DNA of 64,000 bases from Bacillota bacterium (GCA_017889545.1 JAGFZV010000007.1:82435-146434); one strand, 5' to 3'. Positions 49,168-59,359 are shown, numbered from the stretch's first letter. Numbers and translations: made by a program. The notes: generated by a model not told the origin, from the letters alone.

Positions 49168-50535
49168 ATGACCATTGTTAAGAAACCTGTTAAAATTGTA
49201 GAAACTGTTCTTCGGGACGGACACCAATCACTAGCCGCAACTAGAATGAGAACATCAGATATGATCCCAATGCTGGAACAACTTGATGAAGCAGGTTTCT
49301 TCGCCTTGGAAGCCTGGGGCGGCGCAACGTTTGACAGTTGCCTGCGTTTTTTAAACGAGGACCCCTGGGAACGTCTCCGTACCTTGAAAAAACATTTAAA
49401 GAAAACACCCATTCAGATGCTGCTGCGCGGTCAGAACGTGTTAGGTTACAATCACTATGCCGACGATGTTGTAAAAGAGTTCGTCAAACGGGCCGTTGGC
49501 AACGGGATTGGTGTGATCCGTATTTTTGATGCCTTAAATGATCCCCGTAACCTGGAAGTTGCCATGCATGCCGCAAAAGAATCCGGAGCTCATGTTCAGG
49601 GCTGTTTCGTCTACACGATTAGCCCCTATCATACAACGGAATCTTATATTACCTTGGCAAAGGAACTGGTTCAACGCGGTGCTGATTCAATCTGCATAAA
49701 AGATATGGCCGGGCTTTTGACCCCATATGCAGGGTACGACTTAATCAAAGCATTGAAACAAGAAATTGCGGTCCCGCTAGACCTTCATACGCATTACACC
49801 AGTGGGTTGGCATCCATGACCTACTTAAAAGCGATTGAAGCCGGCGTCGATATTGTTGATTGTGCGCTTTCCCCATTTTCCATGGGTTCTTCGCAACCAG
49901 CCACAGAAACAATGATTGCGGCGTTAAAAGGTACTCCATATGACACCGGTATCAATAATGATATTTTATTGCCAATTGCTGATTATTTCCGCGAAATCAA
50001 AAAGAATTTGACGGCTAGCTTCAATCTTACCAACGATATTAATGTCGATACCCGGGTGCTGACATCACAAATCCCCGGCGGAATGATGTCTAACCTGCTC
50101 AATCAACTAAAAGAACAAGGCATGGCTGATAAATTTAACGAATTATCCACAGAAATGCCGCGTGTCCGGGCCGAACTCGGCTATCCGCCCCTAGTTACTC
50201 CTACCAGCCAAATTGTCGGATCAATGGCTGCTTTTAATGTAATTCTTGGGCAGCGTTATAAAGTTGTTCCCCGTGAAGTGAAGGATTTGGCACGAGGCAA
50301 GTATGGCCGGACGCCGGTTCCCGTAGATCCGGAATTTCTCAAATCGATTATTGGCGATGAACAAGTGATTACGAGCAGACCGGCAGATCATATTCCGCCT
50401 CAGTTGGAAAGTTTGAAACAACAGTTAGCTGAAAATGGTTATCCGAACGCATCAATCGAGGATGTTCTGAGTTATGCATCCTTCCCCGAAGTTGCTTTGA
50501 ATTTTTTCCGTGAAAACCGAACCGTTTGTATGTGA
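49168..50535 (+). CDS. Pyruvate/oxaloacetate carboxytransferase subunit (OadA/PycB/transcarboxylase 5S type) without biotinyl domain
   Basis: LRDGHQS, EAWGGATFD, EDPWERL, QMLLRGQN, IKDMAG, HTH, QIPGGM, GYPPLVTPTSQIVG; no EAMKM motif. Confidence 0.9.
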   Translation: MTIVKKPVKIVETVLRDGHQSLAATRMRTSDMIPMLEQLDEAGFFALEAWGGATFDSCLRFLNEDPWERLRTLKKHLKKTPIQMLLRGQNVLGYNHYADDVVKEFVKRAVGNGIGVIRIFDALNDPRNLEVAMHAAKESGAHVQGCFVYTISPYHTTESYITLAKELVQRGADSICIKDMAGLLTPYAGYDLIKALKQEIAVPLDLHTHYTSGLASMTYLKAIEAGVDIVDCALSPFSMGSSQPATETMIAALKGTPYDTGINNDILLPIADYFREIKKNLTASFNLTNDINVDTRVLTSQIPGGMMSNLLNQLKEQGMADKFNELSTEMPRVRAELGYPPLVTPTSQIVGSMAAFNVILGQRYKVVPREVKDLARGKYGRTPVPVDPEFLKSIIGDEQVITSRPADHIPPQLESLKQQLAENGYPNASIEDVLSYASFPEVALNFFRENRTVCM

Positions 50536-50541
50536 GCATGC

Positions 50542-50592
50542 AAAAAAAGATCCGTTGCCCCGTTTATTGGGCAACGGATCTTTTTTTTGTTT
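50542..50592. terminator. Bidirectional terminator
   Basis: AAAAAAAGATCCGTTGCCC..GGGCAACGGATCTTTTTTT. Confidence 0.88.
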
Positions 50593-52254
50593 TTACCGAT
50601 AAAAGCATGACATGCCGATAAACTCTTTAAGAATGGAGTTTGGCGGCACATCCATGTCGTCGATGGAATGGAAATATTCCAGGAAATCCAGCAGTCGCTT
50701 TGCTTCAACATATTCCGGCTGGGTTACCCCCACTTTTTCCAATAATGGTTCCGCGTATTTTTTTAAAACGCCTAATTCATAAATCAACGCGGAATTAAAC
50801 ATCACATCCACTTCTTCCTGAAAAGGAAAAATGTTACGTTCTTCCCCCCGGCGTACCGAAGGCCAAATTTGCAATGTTTTGAGTGCATCATGAGACCGGA
50901 ACTGACTATCCCGAACAATGCGGCGAATCAAACGGGCATCTGTCGTCGATATTCGATTATGCGGATCAATCGATAATTGTGTCAACGGACTAATGTAAAT
51001 TTTAATCTTATTATCCCTCGCTACGGCTGACGTTAACCGTTCATTCAAGCCATGGATCCCCTCGATCAGCAACGGCTGGGTTTTGTCAACCTGGATGCTC
51101 TTACCATTATATTCCTGCTGTCCGGTAACAAAATTATACGAAGGAATTTGAACCTTTTCACCGTTGAGCAATCGGGTTAGGTGATCGTTAAATAACGATA
51201 AATCAATGGCTTCAATCGACTCAAAATCAGGTTTACCAAACTCATCACGCGGTGTATAACGCCGATCTACAAAATAATCATCAAGTGAAATAGGCACTGG
51301 CCGCAAAGCATTGACCCTGAGCTGAACATTCAAGCGTTGAGCAAACGTCGTTTTTCCGGATGACGACGGTCCTGCAATCATTACCAGCCGCACATCGCAG
51401 GCATGCTGTGTTATAAAATCCGCCAATTGGGCAACCTTTTTTTCATGCAACGCTTCTGCCACACGAATAATATCACTGAAATCCCCTGATTTGATCTTAT
51501 TATTCAAAGTCGCAACATAGGGACATTCAAGAATTTTTCCCCATCGCTCCGCTTCACGAAATACTTTGGCTAATTTCGGACGCTCTACAAAATCAGGCAA
51601 CACTCCAGGCTGTTCTTTTTCCGGAAACATCAGGACAAGTCCCGGCGCATAAAAATGTAATCCGAAAGTCGTTAAGTACCCGGTTGATGGTACCATAGTG
51701 CCGTAAAAATAATCGTATAATTCACCACAATAATAAATGCTAACCTTCTGCCGTTTCAGTTGCCGAAGCAGGCGAACTTTTTCCTCATTTCCCGAAGCCT
51801 CGAACAATTGTATCGCCGTAGCAGTAGACACAACCTTACGCTCAATCGGACGGTCTTGCTCTACAATCAGTCTCATGCGTTTTTCGATTGCTGAGACTTC
51901 TTCCGCTGACAAGGGAGCCGATTTATTGACTTCGCAATATAACCCCTTGCTGATGGAATGCTCCACAATCACCTCGCCATCCGGAAATAATTCCCGAACC
52001 GCCGCAATGAGCACAAAAGACAAACTGCGTTGATAAACCTTGCTGCCTGCATCCGTTGTCAAATCCAAAAAGTCAATTGAACAATTCTTTTCCAGGACAC
52101 TCGACAAATCCTTAATATCATTTTCGACTCTGACAGCAACAATTGGCGTAGCATAATCTTTCGCTAACTGACGGCTCACTTCCAATAACGTTGTACCACG
52201 TTCAACTGGCAAAGTTCGGCCATCAGAAAATTCAAGGGTGATTTTTTCCTGCAT
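50593..52254 (-). CDS. Nucleoside (uridine) kinase family protein with ThrRS-like N-terminal domains
   Basis: N-terminal TGS-like region and YQRS..F, EHS; IAGPSSSGKTT, SLDDYF, IEGIHGLN, RR.VRD, GE..NIFP motifs. Confidence 0.85.
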   Translation of the reverse strand: MQEKITLEFSDGRTLPVERGTTLLEVSRQLAKDYATPIVAVRVENDIKDLSSVLEKNCSIDFLDLTTDAGSKVYQRSLSFVLIAAVRELFPDGEVIVEHSISKGLYCEVNKSAPLSAEEVSAIEKRMRLIVEQDRPIERKVVSTATAIQLFEASGNEEKVRLLRQLKRQKVSIYYCGELYDYFYGTMVPSTGYLTTFGLHFYAPGLVLMFPEKEQPGVLPDFVERPKLAKVFREAERWGKILECPYVATLNNKIKSGDFSDIIRVAEALHEKKVAQLADFITQHACDVRLVMIAGPSSSGKTTFAQRLNVQLRVNALRPVPISLDDYFVDRRYTPRDEFGKPDFESIEAIDLSLFNDHLTRLLNGEKVQIPSYNFVTGQQEYNGKSIQVDKTQPLLIEGIHGLNERLTSAVARDNKIKIYISPLTQLSIDPHNRISTTDARLIRRIVRDSQFRSHDALKTLQIWPSVRRGEERNIFPFQEEVDVMFNSALIYELGVLKKYAEPLLEKVGVTQPEYVEAKRLLDFLEYFHSIDDMDVPPNSILKEFIGMSCFYR

Positions 52255-52276
52255 AGACAAGCCTCCTGCTGCTATA

Positions 52277-53524
52277 TCAGCCTTCAACTGCGGCTATCGC
52301 TCTGGCAAATTTGGCTGCCATTCCTTTCATTTTGCGACAAGGTACTGCGCAGACGGCAATCCGGATCCCCTTATCCAAGGGAACTGCAAAAACATTCTCC
52401 TTCTTCAATTCTTCGCAAACTTCAACAGGATGCTGAACCGGCACCGAAAGGAAAAAGCCGGCAATATAAGGAAGTATTTTTAAGTTTATTTCTTTCGCTT
52501 CTTGTATGAAAATATCAGCGCGGGCACGTATTGTTCGAACATATTCTTCTCGCTCTTTTTCGACCTGAGCAAGAAGCTCCTTATCATTATAAATAATGCC
52601 TAATGTCTTCATACAGGCACGGCTGATGTTTGACCAAGTTGCCCGGTTTGTATATTGATTGATGTTAACAAATTCTGTGATCACATCCTCGCTGGAAGAG
52701 ATCCCGATCATGGCGCCGGTGCGCTGTCCATACATCGTAAAACCTTTGGACATGCTGAAGGCTACAATGGTCAGAATATTGTCCGGCAACCCGCCAAATT
52801 GTTTGAAAAATGACCGGCTGGCATTTTTTTCGCCGGCATAGTCCAAATACGCGGCATCTACCAAAAGAATAATCTTCTTGGTTTCGTCCTTCGCTTCTTC
52901 CTTCAATACAGCAAGCACATTAGTCCATTCACTATCTGTCAAACTGTAGCCGGTAGGATTATGCGCCGGAGCATTGATGATGATCAATAGATTATTTTGC
53001 TTTGCCAGCAGCGCCTTCACTTTTTCACTAAAATTCTTACTGTTGAAATGTTGTTCTTCATCAAATAAAGTATACGTGTCAATTTTGCGTAATGCATCTG
53101 TACACATTGTTTCGTACGGATCCCAGTACCAATCTGAAGTCAATACCGTATCCCCAAGTTCTGTATAGTTCCATATCGCATGGTGAAGTACACCCGAGCC
53201 TCCAGGAGTTGCAATAGCCTCAATATAAGCGTCGGGCTTATGGTCTGAAAAAGTAAGAGCGATGACCGCTTCCAAAAATTCCGGCAAACCGGCAATCGGA
53301 GCATAACCGACGATATCATTGGCCGGCAAAGTGCGAAATACCTTTTCCACTGTTGGCAGACAGCCCAATTTTTCATCCTCAGTCAAAAAAGCGCCCAACG
53401 TCGCATTCGCAACAGCTTCATTGCCATATTGAGCCGCGGCTTTCACTGCCGCAGCGTTAGCTCCAAAAATTGTATCCGTGGCAGATTTTCCTTTTGCATG
53501 AGATGCAGCTACACTATGTATCAT
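52277..53524 (-). CDS. Class I/II PLP aminotransferase (aspartate aminotransferase-like)
   Basis: YAPIAG, TPGG, HNPTG, DAAY, SMSK....YGQRTG motifs. Confidence 0.88.
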   Translation of the reverse strand: MIHSVAASHAKGKSATDTIFGANAAAVKAAAQYGNEAVANATLGAFLTEDEKLGCLPTVEKVFRTLPANDIVGYAPIAGLPEFLEAVIALTFSDHKPDAYIEAIATPGGSGVLHHAIWNYTELGDTVLTSDWYWDPYETMCTDALRKIDTYTLFDEEQHFNSKNFSEKVKALLAKQNNLLIIINAPAHNPTGYSLTDSEWTNVLAVLKEEAKDETKKIILLVDAAYLDYAGEKNASRSFFKQFGGLPDNILTIVAFSMSKGFTMYGQRTGAMIGISSSEDVITEFVNINQYTNRATWSNISRACMKTLGIIYNDKELLAQVEKEREEYVRTIRARADIFIQEAKEINLKILPYIAGFFLSVPVQHPVEVCEELKKENVFAVPLDKGIRIAVCAVPCRKMKGMAAKFARAIAAVEG

Positions 53525-53590
53525 TTGTTTTCCTCCCTAGTATTTCTCTTGAATATAAGTTTTCCATGAATTGCATAATAGCATTCTTCC

Positions 53591-54052
53591 TCAGGGATCC
53601 ACGTTTTCTTTCCCGCTTATCGAAACAATATCGATAGCAACCACACAACAACCTGCTGCCAATTCTTCCGTTACATTCGCAAAAGCTGAGTCGCCGGCAA
53701 TATGAGCGATTAAGCGGTTCAGCGCCATTACTTTCTCCGCTTCATCCGAAACAATCCTGGCTGTGCCAAAGACCAAGACAGAAGTGTATCGAGTAGCGCA
53801 AGCGCATGCTTTTGCTCCAAAAACGGTTTTTTCCGTGTGGCTTACTTCAAAACATATTTTTCTGTTTGCCGCAATATTCATTAACTTTTGTCCTTCATGC
53901 GCGCAATGAAAATATATCTTTCCATCTTGATAAGCGTAGTGAAGAGGAGTGATATATGGCTGTCCTTCTGCGCTGCAAGTCGCCAATCGGCCGGTATTGC
54001 CCTGTTGCAAATAATCAACTGACTGTTGCTGTGAAAGATATTTTTGCGGCAT
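53591..54052 (-). CDS. Pyridoxamine 5'-phosphate oxidase/NimA family flavin-binding protein
   Basis: GRLA...PYITP..Y, IYFHCA.EG.K, CFEV, Y.SV...G, SGK; start at ATG 54052 after GGAGG. Confidence 0.85.
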   Translation of the reverse strand: MPQKYLSQQQSVDYLQQGNTGRLATCSAEGQPYITPLHYAYQDGKIYFHCAHEGQKLMNIAANRKICFEVSHTEKTVFGAKACACATRYTSVLVFGTARIVSDEAEKVMALNRLIAHIAGDSAFANVTEELAAGCCVVAIDIVSISGKENVDP

Positions 54053-54209
54053 ATAAAAAACCTCCCTTAAATTAACGGAATATGTATATAATTCTCGATA
54101 AAACACAATAATCCTATGCATAACAACAAAAAAATTAGAAAATCAGGTTTATACTAAGTTTTGACAACGTCGTTGTAAACATCAGAAAACATTACCCTTT
54201 CTTATGGCC

Positions 54210-54238
54210 AAAAAACCGGCTTTAATTGCCGGTTTTTT
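54210..54238 (-). terminator. Terminator overlapping the prfC stop
   Basis: AAAAAACCGGC..GCCGGTTTTTT. Confidence 0.7.
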
Positions 54239-55841
54239 CTGGAGGTACAACCAAAAATGTAATTTTGGGATTATTATCTACAGCCCACCGAAGAGCCCAT
54301 TCATTTGTAAACAATGCTACCAATCGTTGTTTATTATCACTAACAAGCATTCCCCGGTCCAAACCCTTAATCGATTTGGCGTCAATTTTTTCTCCGTCCA
54401 TCCATCTTGCTAATTCAAACGGCAAAAAATTCATCAGTATATCTACACCATACTCGTTTTTCAGACGATATTCCAATACTTCGAACTGCAAATTTCCAAC
54501 GGTGCCGACAATCACTGTTTCAGCGCCCGCATCGGCCTGAAAAAACACTTGTATGGCTCCTTCCTGCGTCAACTGGGTAATCCCCTTAATAAATTGCTTC
54601 CGTTTCATAGTATCTTTAGGCTGAACGCGGGCAAACCGTTCCGGTGGGAAGACCGGAAAATCTTCAAACGTAAAAGTTTCTCCCGGCATGCAAAGTGTAT
54701 CACCGATCCCAAAAACGCCCGGATCAAATAATCCGACAATGTCTCCGGGATATGCCTCTTCTATAATAGTCCGGTCCTGAGCTAAAAATTGCTGTGGTTG
54801 AGTCAATTTCAACAATTTCCCCGACCGAATATGGTGTACAGTCATGCCACGTTCAAATTTTCCGGAACAAATTCGAATAAAAGCCAGCCGGTCACGATGC
54901 GCCGGGTTCATATTCGCTTGTATCTTGAAGACAAAGGCCGAAAATTTTTCGTTATCCGGTTCAATAAGTCCTTCGGATGACATACGCGGAGCAGGCGGCG
55001 GGGCAAGTCTAAGAAACTCTTCCAAGAAGGGACGAACGCCAAAATTTGTCATCGCGCTGCCAAAAAAAATGGGAGTCAGTTCACCACGCATCACTTTTTC
55101 CAAATCAAAATGGTCGCCCGCCATATCCAACAAGCTGATATCGTCACATAAAGCATTGTGAATATCTGCGCCGATAATTTCCGTAAAAACGGGATCATCG
55201 ACACTGCCCTTAACGGAAGGCAACGCTAATTGACCATGCGACCCATCTTTTTCAAATAATTCAATTTGAGCCAATTGACGATTATATACACCCTGATAAT
55301 CTCCTTCAACGCCGATCGGCCAATTCATAGGATAACTGTTAATTCCCAGTACTTTTTCAATCTCTTCCATCAACTCAAACGGGTTTTTCCCATGCCGGTC
55401 AAGCTTATTGACAAACGTAAAAATTGGTATATTCCGTTGCTTACAGACTTTGAACAGTTTCTTGGTCTGCGCTTCGACCCCTTTTGCTGCATCGATGAGC
55501 ATAACAGCACTATCGACAGCCATAAGAGTCCGGTACGTGTCTTCACTGAAATCCTGGTGACCGGGCGTATCCAGAATATTAATTTGAAAGCCGTCATAAG
55601 AAAATTGCAAAACACTGGACGTAACAGAAATACCGCGCTGTTTCTCGATTTCCATCCAATCGGACACAGCATGTTTTTGGGCTTTACGCGACTTTACCGA
55701 ACCGGCCAAATGAATGGCGCCACCGTACAACAGTAACTTTTCCGTCAGTGTCGTTTTTCCAGCGTCCGGGTGCGAAATAATAGCAAATGTCCTGCGCCGT
55801 TCAATCTCTTGCCGCAAGTCACATGATTTCATATCTGCCAT
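54222..55841 (-). CDS. prfC: Peptide chain release factor 3
   Basis: RRTFAIISHPDAGKTTLTEK, DTPGHQDF, NKLD, FKIQANM.P.HRDR, LQFEV motifs. Confidence 0.97.
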   Translation of the reverse strand: MADMKSCDLRQEIERRRTFAIISHPDAGKTTLTEKLLLYGGAIHLAGSVKSRKAQKHAVSDWMEIEKQRGISVTSSVLQFSYDGFQINILDTPGHQDFSEDTYRTLMAVDSAVMLIDAAKGVEAQTKKLFKVCKQRNIPIFTFVNKLDRHGKNPFELMEEIEKVLGINSYPMNWPIGVEGDYQGVYNRQLAQIELFEKDGSHGQLALPSVKGSVDDPVFTEIIGADIHNALCDDISLLDMAGDHFDLEKVMRGELTPIFFGSAMTNFGVRPFLEEFLRLAPPPAPRMSSEGLIEPDNEKFSAFVFKIQANMNPAHRDRLAFIRICSGKFERGMTVHHIRSGKLLKLTQPQQFLAQDRTIIEEAYPGDIVGLFDPGVFGIGDTLCMPGETFTFEDFPVFPPERFARVQPKDTMKRKQFIKGITQLTQEGAIQVFFQADAGAETVIVGTVGNLQFEVLEYRLKNEYGVDILMNFLPFELARWMDGEKIDAKSIKGLDRGMLVSDNKQRLVALFTNEWALRWAVDNNPKITFLVVPPEKTGN

Positions 55842-56000
55842 TCAACGTTCCTCCAGTAATCATAATTACAAAACATTCTATTCACTGCATCTAAAATGAT
55901 TAGATGATAAAATGGGCAAATTATATTGTAACACATTTCAGAACAAAAATCACAAACAAAAAAGAGAGCCCGAAAAATGAGCTCTCCTTGCACTTTTTTG

Positions 56001-57224
56001 CTATCTTTGTTTAAAAAAGCGGTTGTGGATCGCAGTAACAGCATCTTTCGCCTGATCTTTGCGGACAAGACATGAGATACTAATTTCGGAAGTACTGATT
56101 ACTTCGATATTAATTCCGGCATCGCCCAATGCCCCAAACATTTCAGCTGCAATACCGGGATTACCGAACATGCCGGCGCCGACAGCAGAAACTTTGGCAA
56201 CATCTTCATCAAATTCCAAACCGATTACACCGATTTCCTGACCGATCTTAGCCATAATTTCTTTTACTTGATCTAAATCCGGCTTGGCGATTGTGAACAC
56301 GATATCATTAATTTTTTTATCAGAATTACGAATGCTTTGAACAATCATATCCACAGCAATATGATCAGCCGCCAAGGCCGAAAATACTTTATAAGCAATG
56401 CCGGGCTTATCCGGAACTCCCAAAACAGCGATTTTTACGACATTATTATCTTGCGCAACTCCCCGAATGATAAATTCTTTTTCTTCCATCGTGTATTCCT
56501 CCCTGATAATTGTTCCTGAAGCGCTGGAAAAAGTGGAACGAACATGTATTGGAACCTGATATCGTTTACCCATTTCCACTGACCGCGGCTGCATAACAAC
56601 CGCCCCTAGCCGGGCCATCTCCAGCATTTCGTTATATGTAATTTCCTTCATCCGCCTTGCGGATGGGACCACACGCGGATCTGCTGAATAAACGCCATCA
56701 ACGTCTGTAAATATTTCACATACATCCGCATTTAGAGCGCCGGCAATTGCGACCGCAGTAGTGTCGGATCCACCCCGTCCCAAGGTTGTAATATCGTTTG
56801 TATGAGCAATTCCTTGAAATCCAGCCACCACAACCACTCGACCCTTTGCTAACTCAGCTTCGACTCTTGCTGGACAAATATCTAAAATACTGGCTTTCGT
56901 ATGTGCGTCGGAAGTTTTTATTCCGGCCTGTGGACCCGTTAATGAAATTGCGTCGCGTCCTTTCGCTTGAAACGCCATCGCCAATAAAGCGATCGATATT
57001 TGCTCGCCTGTTGCCAACAACATATCCATTTCACGAGTATTCCGATTAGCGCTGATCGCATTAGCCAAATTCATCAATTCATCCGTAGTATCTCCCATAG
57101 CGGAAACCACGATAACCACTTTATCTTCCGGACTGGTCTCACGCAAAACCCGATCGGCTACTGCTTTTATTTTTTCCGGTGTCGCCACCGAACTGCCGCC
57201 AAACTTTTTGACAATCAGCATCAT
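56001..57224 (-). CDS. lysC: Aspartate kinase with ACT domains
   Basis: KFGGSSV, VVSAMG.TTD, AGFQG, TTLGRGGSD, TDVDGVYSADPR, TSEISIS motifs. Confidence 0.93.
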   Translation of the reverse strand: MMLIVKKFGGSSVATPEKIKAVADRVLRETSPEDKVVIVVSAMGDTTDELMNLANAISANRNTREMDMLLATGEQISIALLAMAFQAKGRDAISLTGPQAGIKTSDAHTKASILDICPARVEAELAKGRVVVVAGFQGIAHTNDITTLGRGGSDTTAVAIAGALNADVCEIFTDVDGVYSADPRVVPSARRMKEITYNEMLEMARLGAVVMQPRSVEMGKRYQVPIHVRSTFSSASGTIIREEYTMEEKEFIIRGVAQDNNVVKIAVLGVPDKPGIAYKVFSALAADHIAVDMIVQSIRNSDKKINDIVFTIAKPDLDQVKEIMAKIGQEIGVIGLEFDEDVAKVSAVGAGMFGNPGIAAEMFGALGDAGINIEVISTSEISISCLVRKDQAKDAVTAIHNRFFKQR

Positions 57225-57272
57225 ATTATTCCCCCTTTTCTACTGCTTTCACTAATGGCAATGGCAATTATT

Positions 57273-57297
57273 ATTCTCCACATAAATACATATTCCT
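57273..57297 (-). promoter_or_regulatory. SigH-type promoter candidate for lysC
   Basis: GAAGGAATA..GGAGAAT, i.e. AGGA-N17-GAAT. Confidence 0.55.
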
Positions 57298-57308
57298 TCT
57301 CCCACAGG

Positions 57309-57352
57309 ACATAAAAGAAGTTCCGGCAGGGCCGGAACTTCTTTTATGTCCT
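57309..57352 (-). terminator. Terminator after the superoxide reductase gene
   Basis: ACATAAAAGAAGTTCCGGC..GCCGGAACTTCTTTTATGT. Confidence 0.8.
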
Positions 57353-57357
57353 TAGTC

Positions 57358-57753
57358 CTAACTTTCTACTGCAATCACTTGCGAACTTTCCCACAACCCA
57401 TGAATATTGCAATATGAGGCAGCCAGCAACGTACCTGAAATTCCTATTTTTATCGTTGCTTCTGCAACTGGGTCAACATAAACAGGACCTTTATTTGCGC
57501 CTTCTGTTGATTCCCCGTGGACGTCAAAAGTAAATGCAGCAAGGTCAAACGCAAATTTCCCATTATCCGGCTTAAAAAACAGTTTAATCCAGCGAATATG
57601 ATGTTCCGTCGTGTTCGGATGTGCAATTTCTTTCCCTACAGACAGTTTGACAACAAACTTTTCTCCCGCTTTAACAGCAGCCGGAGCCTCAATAACCGGA
57701 ACATGTTTCTCCGCTTTCCAATCGGCAGTTTGCACTACATCCGCAAATTTCAC
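57358..57753 (-). CDS. Superoxide reductase, neelaredoxin (1Fe-SOR) type
   Basis: EKHVP, HP...EHHI.WI, YCNIHGLW iron-ligand motifs. Confidence 0.92.
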   Translation of the reverse strand: MKFADVVQTADWKAEKHVPVIEAPAAVKAGEKFVVKLSVGKEIAHPNTTEHHIRWIKLFFKPDNGKFAFDLAAFTFDVHGESTEGANKGPVYVDPVAEATIKIGISGTLLAASYCNIHGLWESSQVIAVES

Positions 57754-57806
57754 TACATATTCCTCCCCTTACTTTGCATTTTAAAAACAGCTTATCACAA
57801 TATATT

Positions 57807-57831
57807 ATTCAGGTCTCTTTTTGAAATTCCT
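57807..57831 (-). promoter_or_regulatory. SigH-type promoter candidate for the SOR gene
   Basis: GCAGGAATT..CCTGAAT, i.e. AGGA-N17-GAAT. Confidence 0.55.
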
Positions 57832-57935
57832 GCTTACTTTCTTATTTTTCATATCTTGTATTCATTTGTCATTCATCAAACTCTCATGGAAACTGATTAA
57901 ATTTTAAAATATCGTATAACATTTTTTCCAATACC

Positions 57936-57964
57936 TGGACAATCATAACGTTTCATGGTAAACT
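57936..57964 (+). promoter_or_regulatory. SigA promoter of the uraA leader
   Basis: TGGACA-N17-TAAACT with extended -10 TG. Confidence 0.6.
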
Positions 57965-57975
57965 AAAATATAGTA

Positions 57976-58070
57976 TGCCTTTAATTTAGTCCAGCGAGGC
58001 TAGCAAGGTGGATATAGGGTCAAACTGCAGACCTACGAATTGCCTCTTGCTCCGGTAAGAGGTTTTATTA
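57976..58070 (+). ncRNA. PyrR-binding attenuator leader
   Basis: CCTTTAA..AGTCCAGCGAGGCT..AAGG consensus binding loop, then terminator CCTCTTGC-tccg-GTAAGAGG-TTTT; upstream of a uracil permease. Confidence 0.9.
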
Positions 58071-58102
58071 TGCCCCAAAACAACAATACAGGAGGTATCC
58101 CA

Positions 58103-59359
58103 ATGAACAAACGCATTATCCAGGTCGATGAAAAGCTCCCTTTTTTACAAACCTTTCCCCTTAGTCTTCAGCATCTATTCGCGATGTTTGGCGCTACCGT
58201 TCTCGTCCCCATCTTATTTAAAGTAAATCCTGCCACTATTTTATTATTTAACGGAATTGGAACTCTTCTCTATTTATTTCTCTGCAAAGGAAAGATTCCC
58301 GCTTATCTCGGCTCCAGTTTTGCTTTCTTATCGCCTGTATTCCTTGTCCTTCCCCAGTACGGCTACGGGGCAGCGCTAGGCGGCTTTATTGTAGTCGGTG
58401 CAATTTTTTCATTAGTGGCTCTGAGTATTCGCCTGATTGGAACAAAATGGATTGACGTTGTTTTTCCGCCAGCCGCAATGGGAGCAATTGTTGCGGTTAT
58501 CGGTTTGGAATTGGCTCCAGTCGCTGCCGACATGGCCGGCCTCACTGCGAAAACCTTGGATCCAAAAATCATTACCGTTTCTATTTTCACGTTATTGGTC
58601 ACTGTGTTTGGTTCCGTACTGTTTCGCGGCTTTATGGCCATTATCCCGATCTTGCTCGGCGTTTTGGCGGGATATGCATTATCACTGGGAATGGGAATTG
58701 TTGATGTCAGCAAAGTTGGACAAGCGCCTTGGTTTGCATTGCCAACTTTCTACACACCGGAATTTAATTTCAGCGCCATCGCGATCATTGCCCCGGCTGC
58801 ATTGGTCGTTATTGCTGAACACATCGGTCATCTCCTGGTAACCGGCAACATTGTCGGCCGTGATTTGGCAAAAGACCCCGGATTGGACCGCTCGTTGCTG
58901 GGAAACGGATTATCGACTATGCTTTCCGGCTTTTTCGGATCCACCCCGAATACAACCTACGGTGAAAACATCGGGGTCATGGCAATTACAAAAGTCTATA
59001 GTGTATGGGTTATCGGCGGAGCAGCCGTACTTGCTATCATTCTTTCGTTCGTCGGAAAACTGGCAGCAGCCATCCAAAGTATCCCCGTTCCTGTTATGGG
59101 TGGAGTTTCGCTCTTGCTGTTTGGCGTTATCGCCGCATCCGGTATTCGGATGCTGGTAGATTCTAAAATCGATTATAGCAAGGCACGAAACCTAATTTTG
59201 ACTTCCATCGTATTGATCATTGGGGTCAGCGGTGCACACCTTACAATTGGAAGTGTAACAATGAAAGGAATGGCTCTCGCGACAATCACTTCGATTGTCT
59301 TCAGCCTATGCTTTAAACTCTTGGACAAATGCGGTCTTACCAATGACAATGACCAATAG
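58103..59359 (+). CDS. uraA: Uracil permease (NCS2)
   Basis: SLQHLFAMFGATVLVP, YLGSSFAF, EHIGH, PNTTYGENIGV, GVIAASG motifs; start at ATG 58103 after AGGAGG. Confidence 0.94.
   Translation: MNKRIIQVDEKLPFLQTFPLSLQHLFAMFGATVLVPILFKVNPATILLFNGIGTLLYLFLCKGKIPAYLGSSFAFLSPVFLVLPQYGYGAALGGFIVVGAIFSLVALSIRLIGTKWIDVVFPPAAMGAIVAVIGLELAPVAADMAGLTAKTLDPKIITVSIFTLLVTVFGSVLFRGFMAIIPILLGVLAGYALSLGMGIVDVSKVGQAPWFALPTFYTPEFNFSAIAIIAPAALVVIAEHIGHLLVTGNIVGRDLAKDPGLDRSLLGNGLSTMLSGFFGSTPNTTYGENIGVMAITKVYSVWVIGGAAVLAIILSFVGKLAAAIQSIPVPVMGGVSLLLFGVIAASGIRMLVDSKIDYSKARNLILTSIVLIIGVSGAHLTIGSVTMKGMALATITSIVFSLCFKLLDKCGLTNDNDQ

Noticed and set aside
57225-57310. Lysine riboswitch or T-box upstream of lysC
   Set aside because: Only ~85 nt between the upstream terminator and the start codon; no aptamer motifs.
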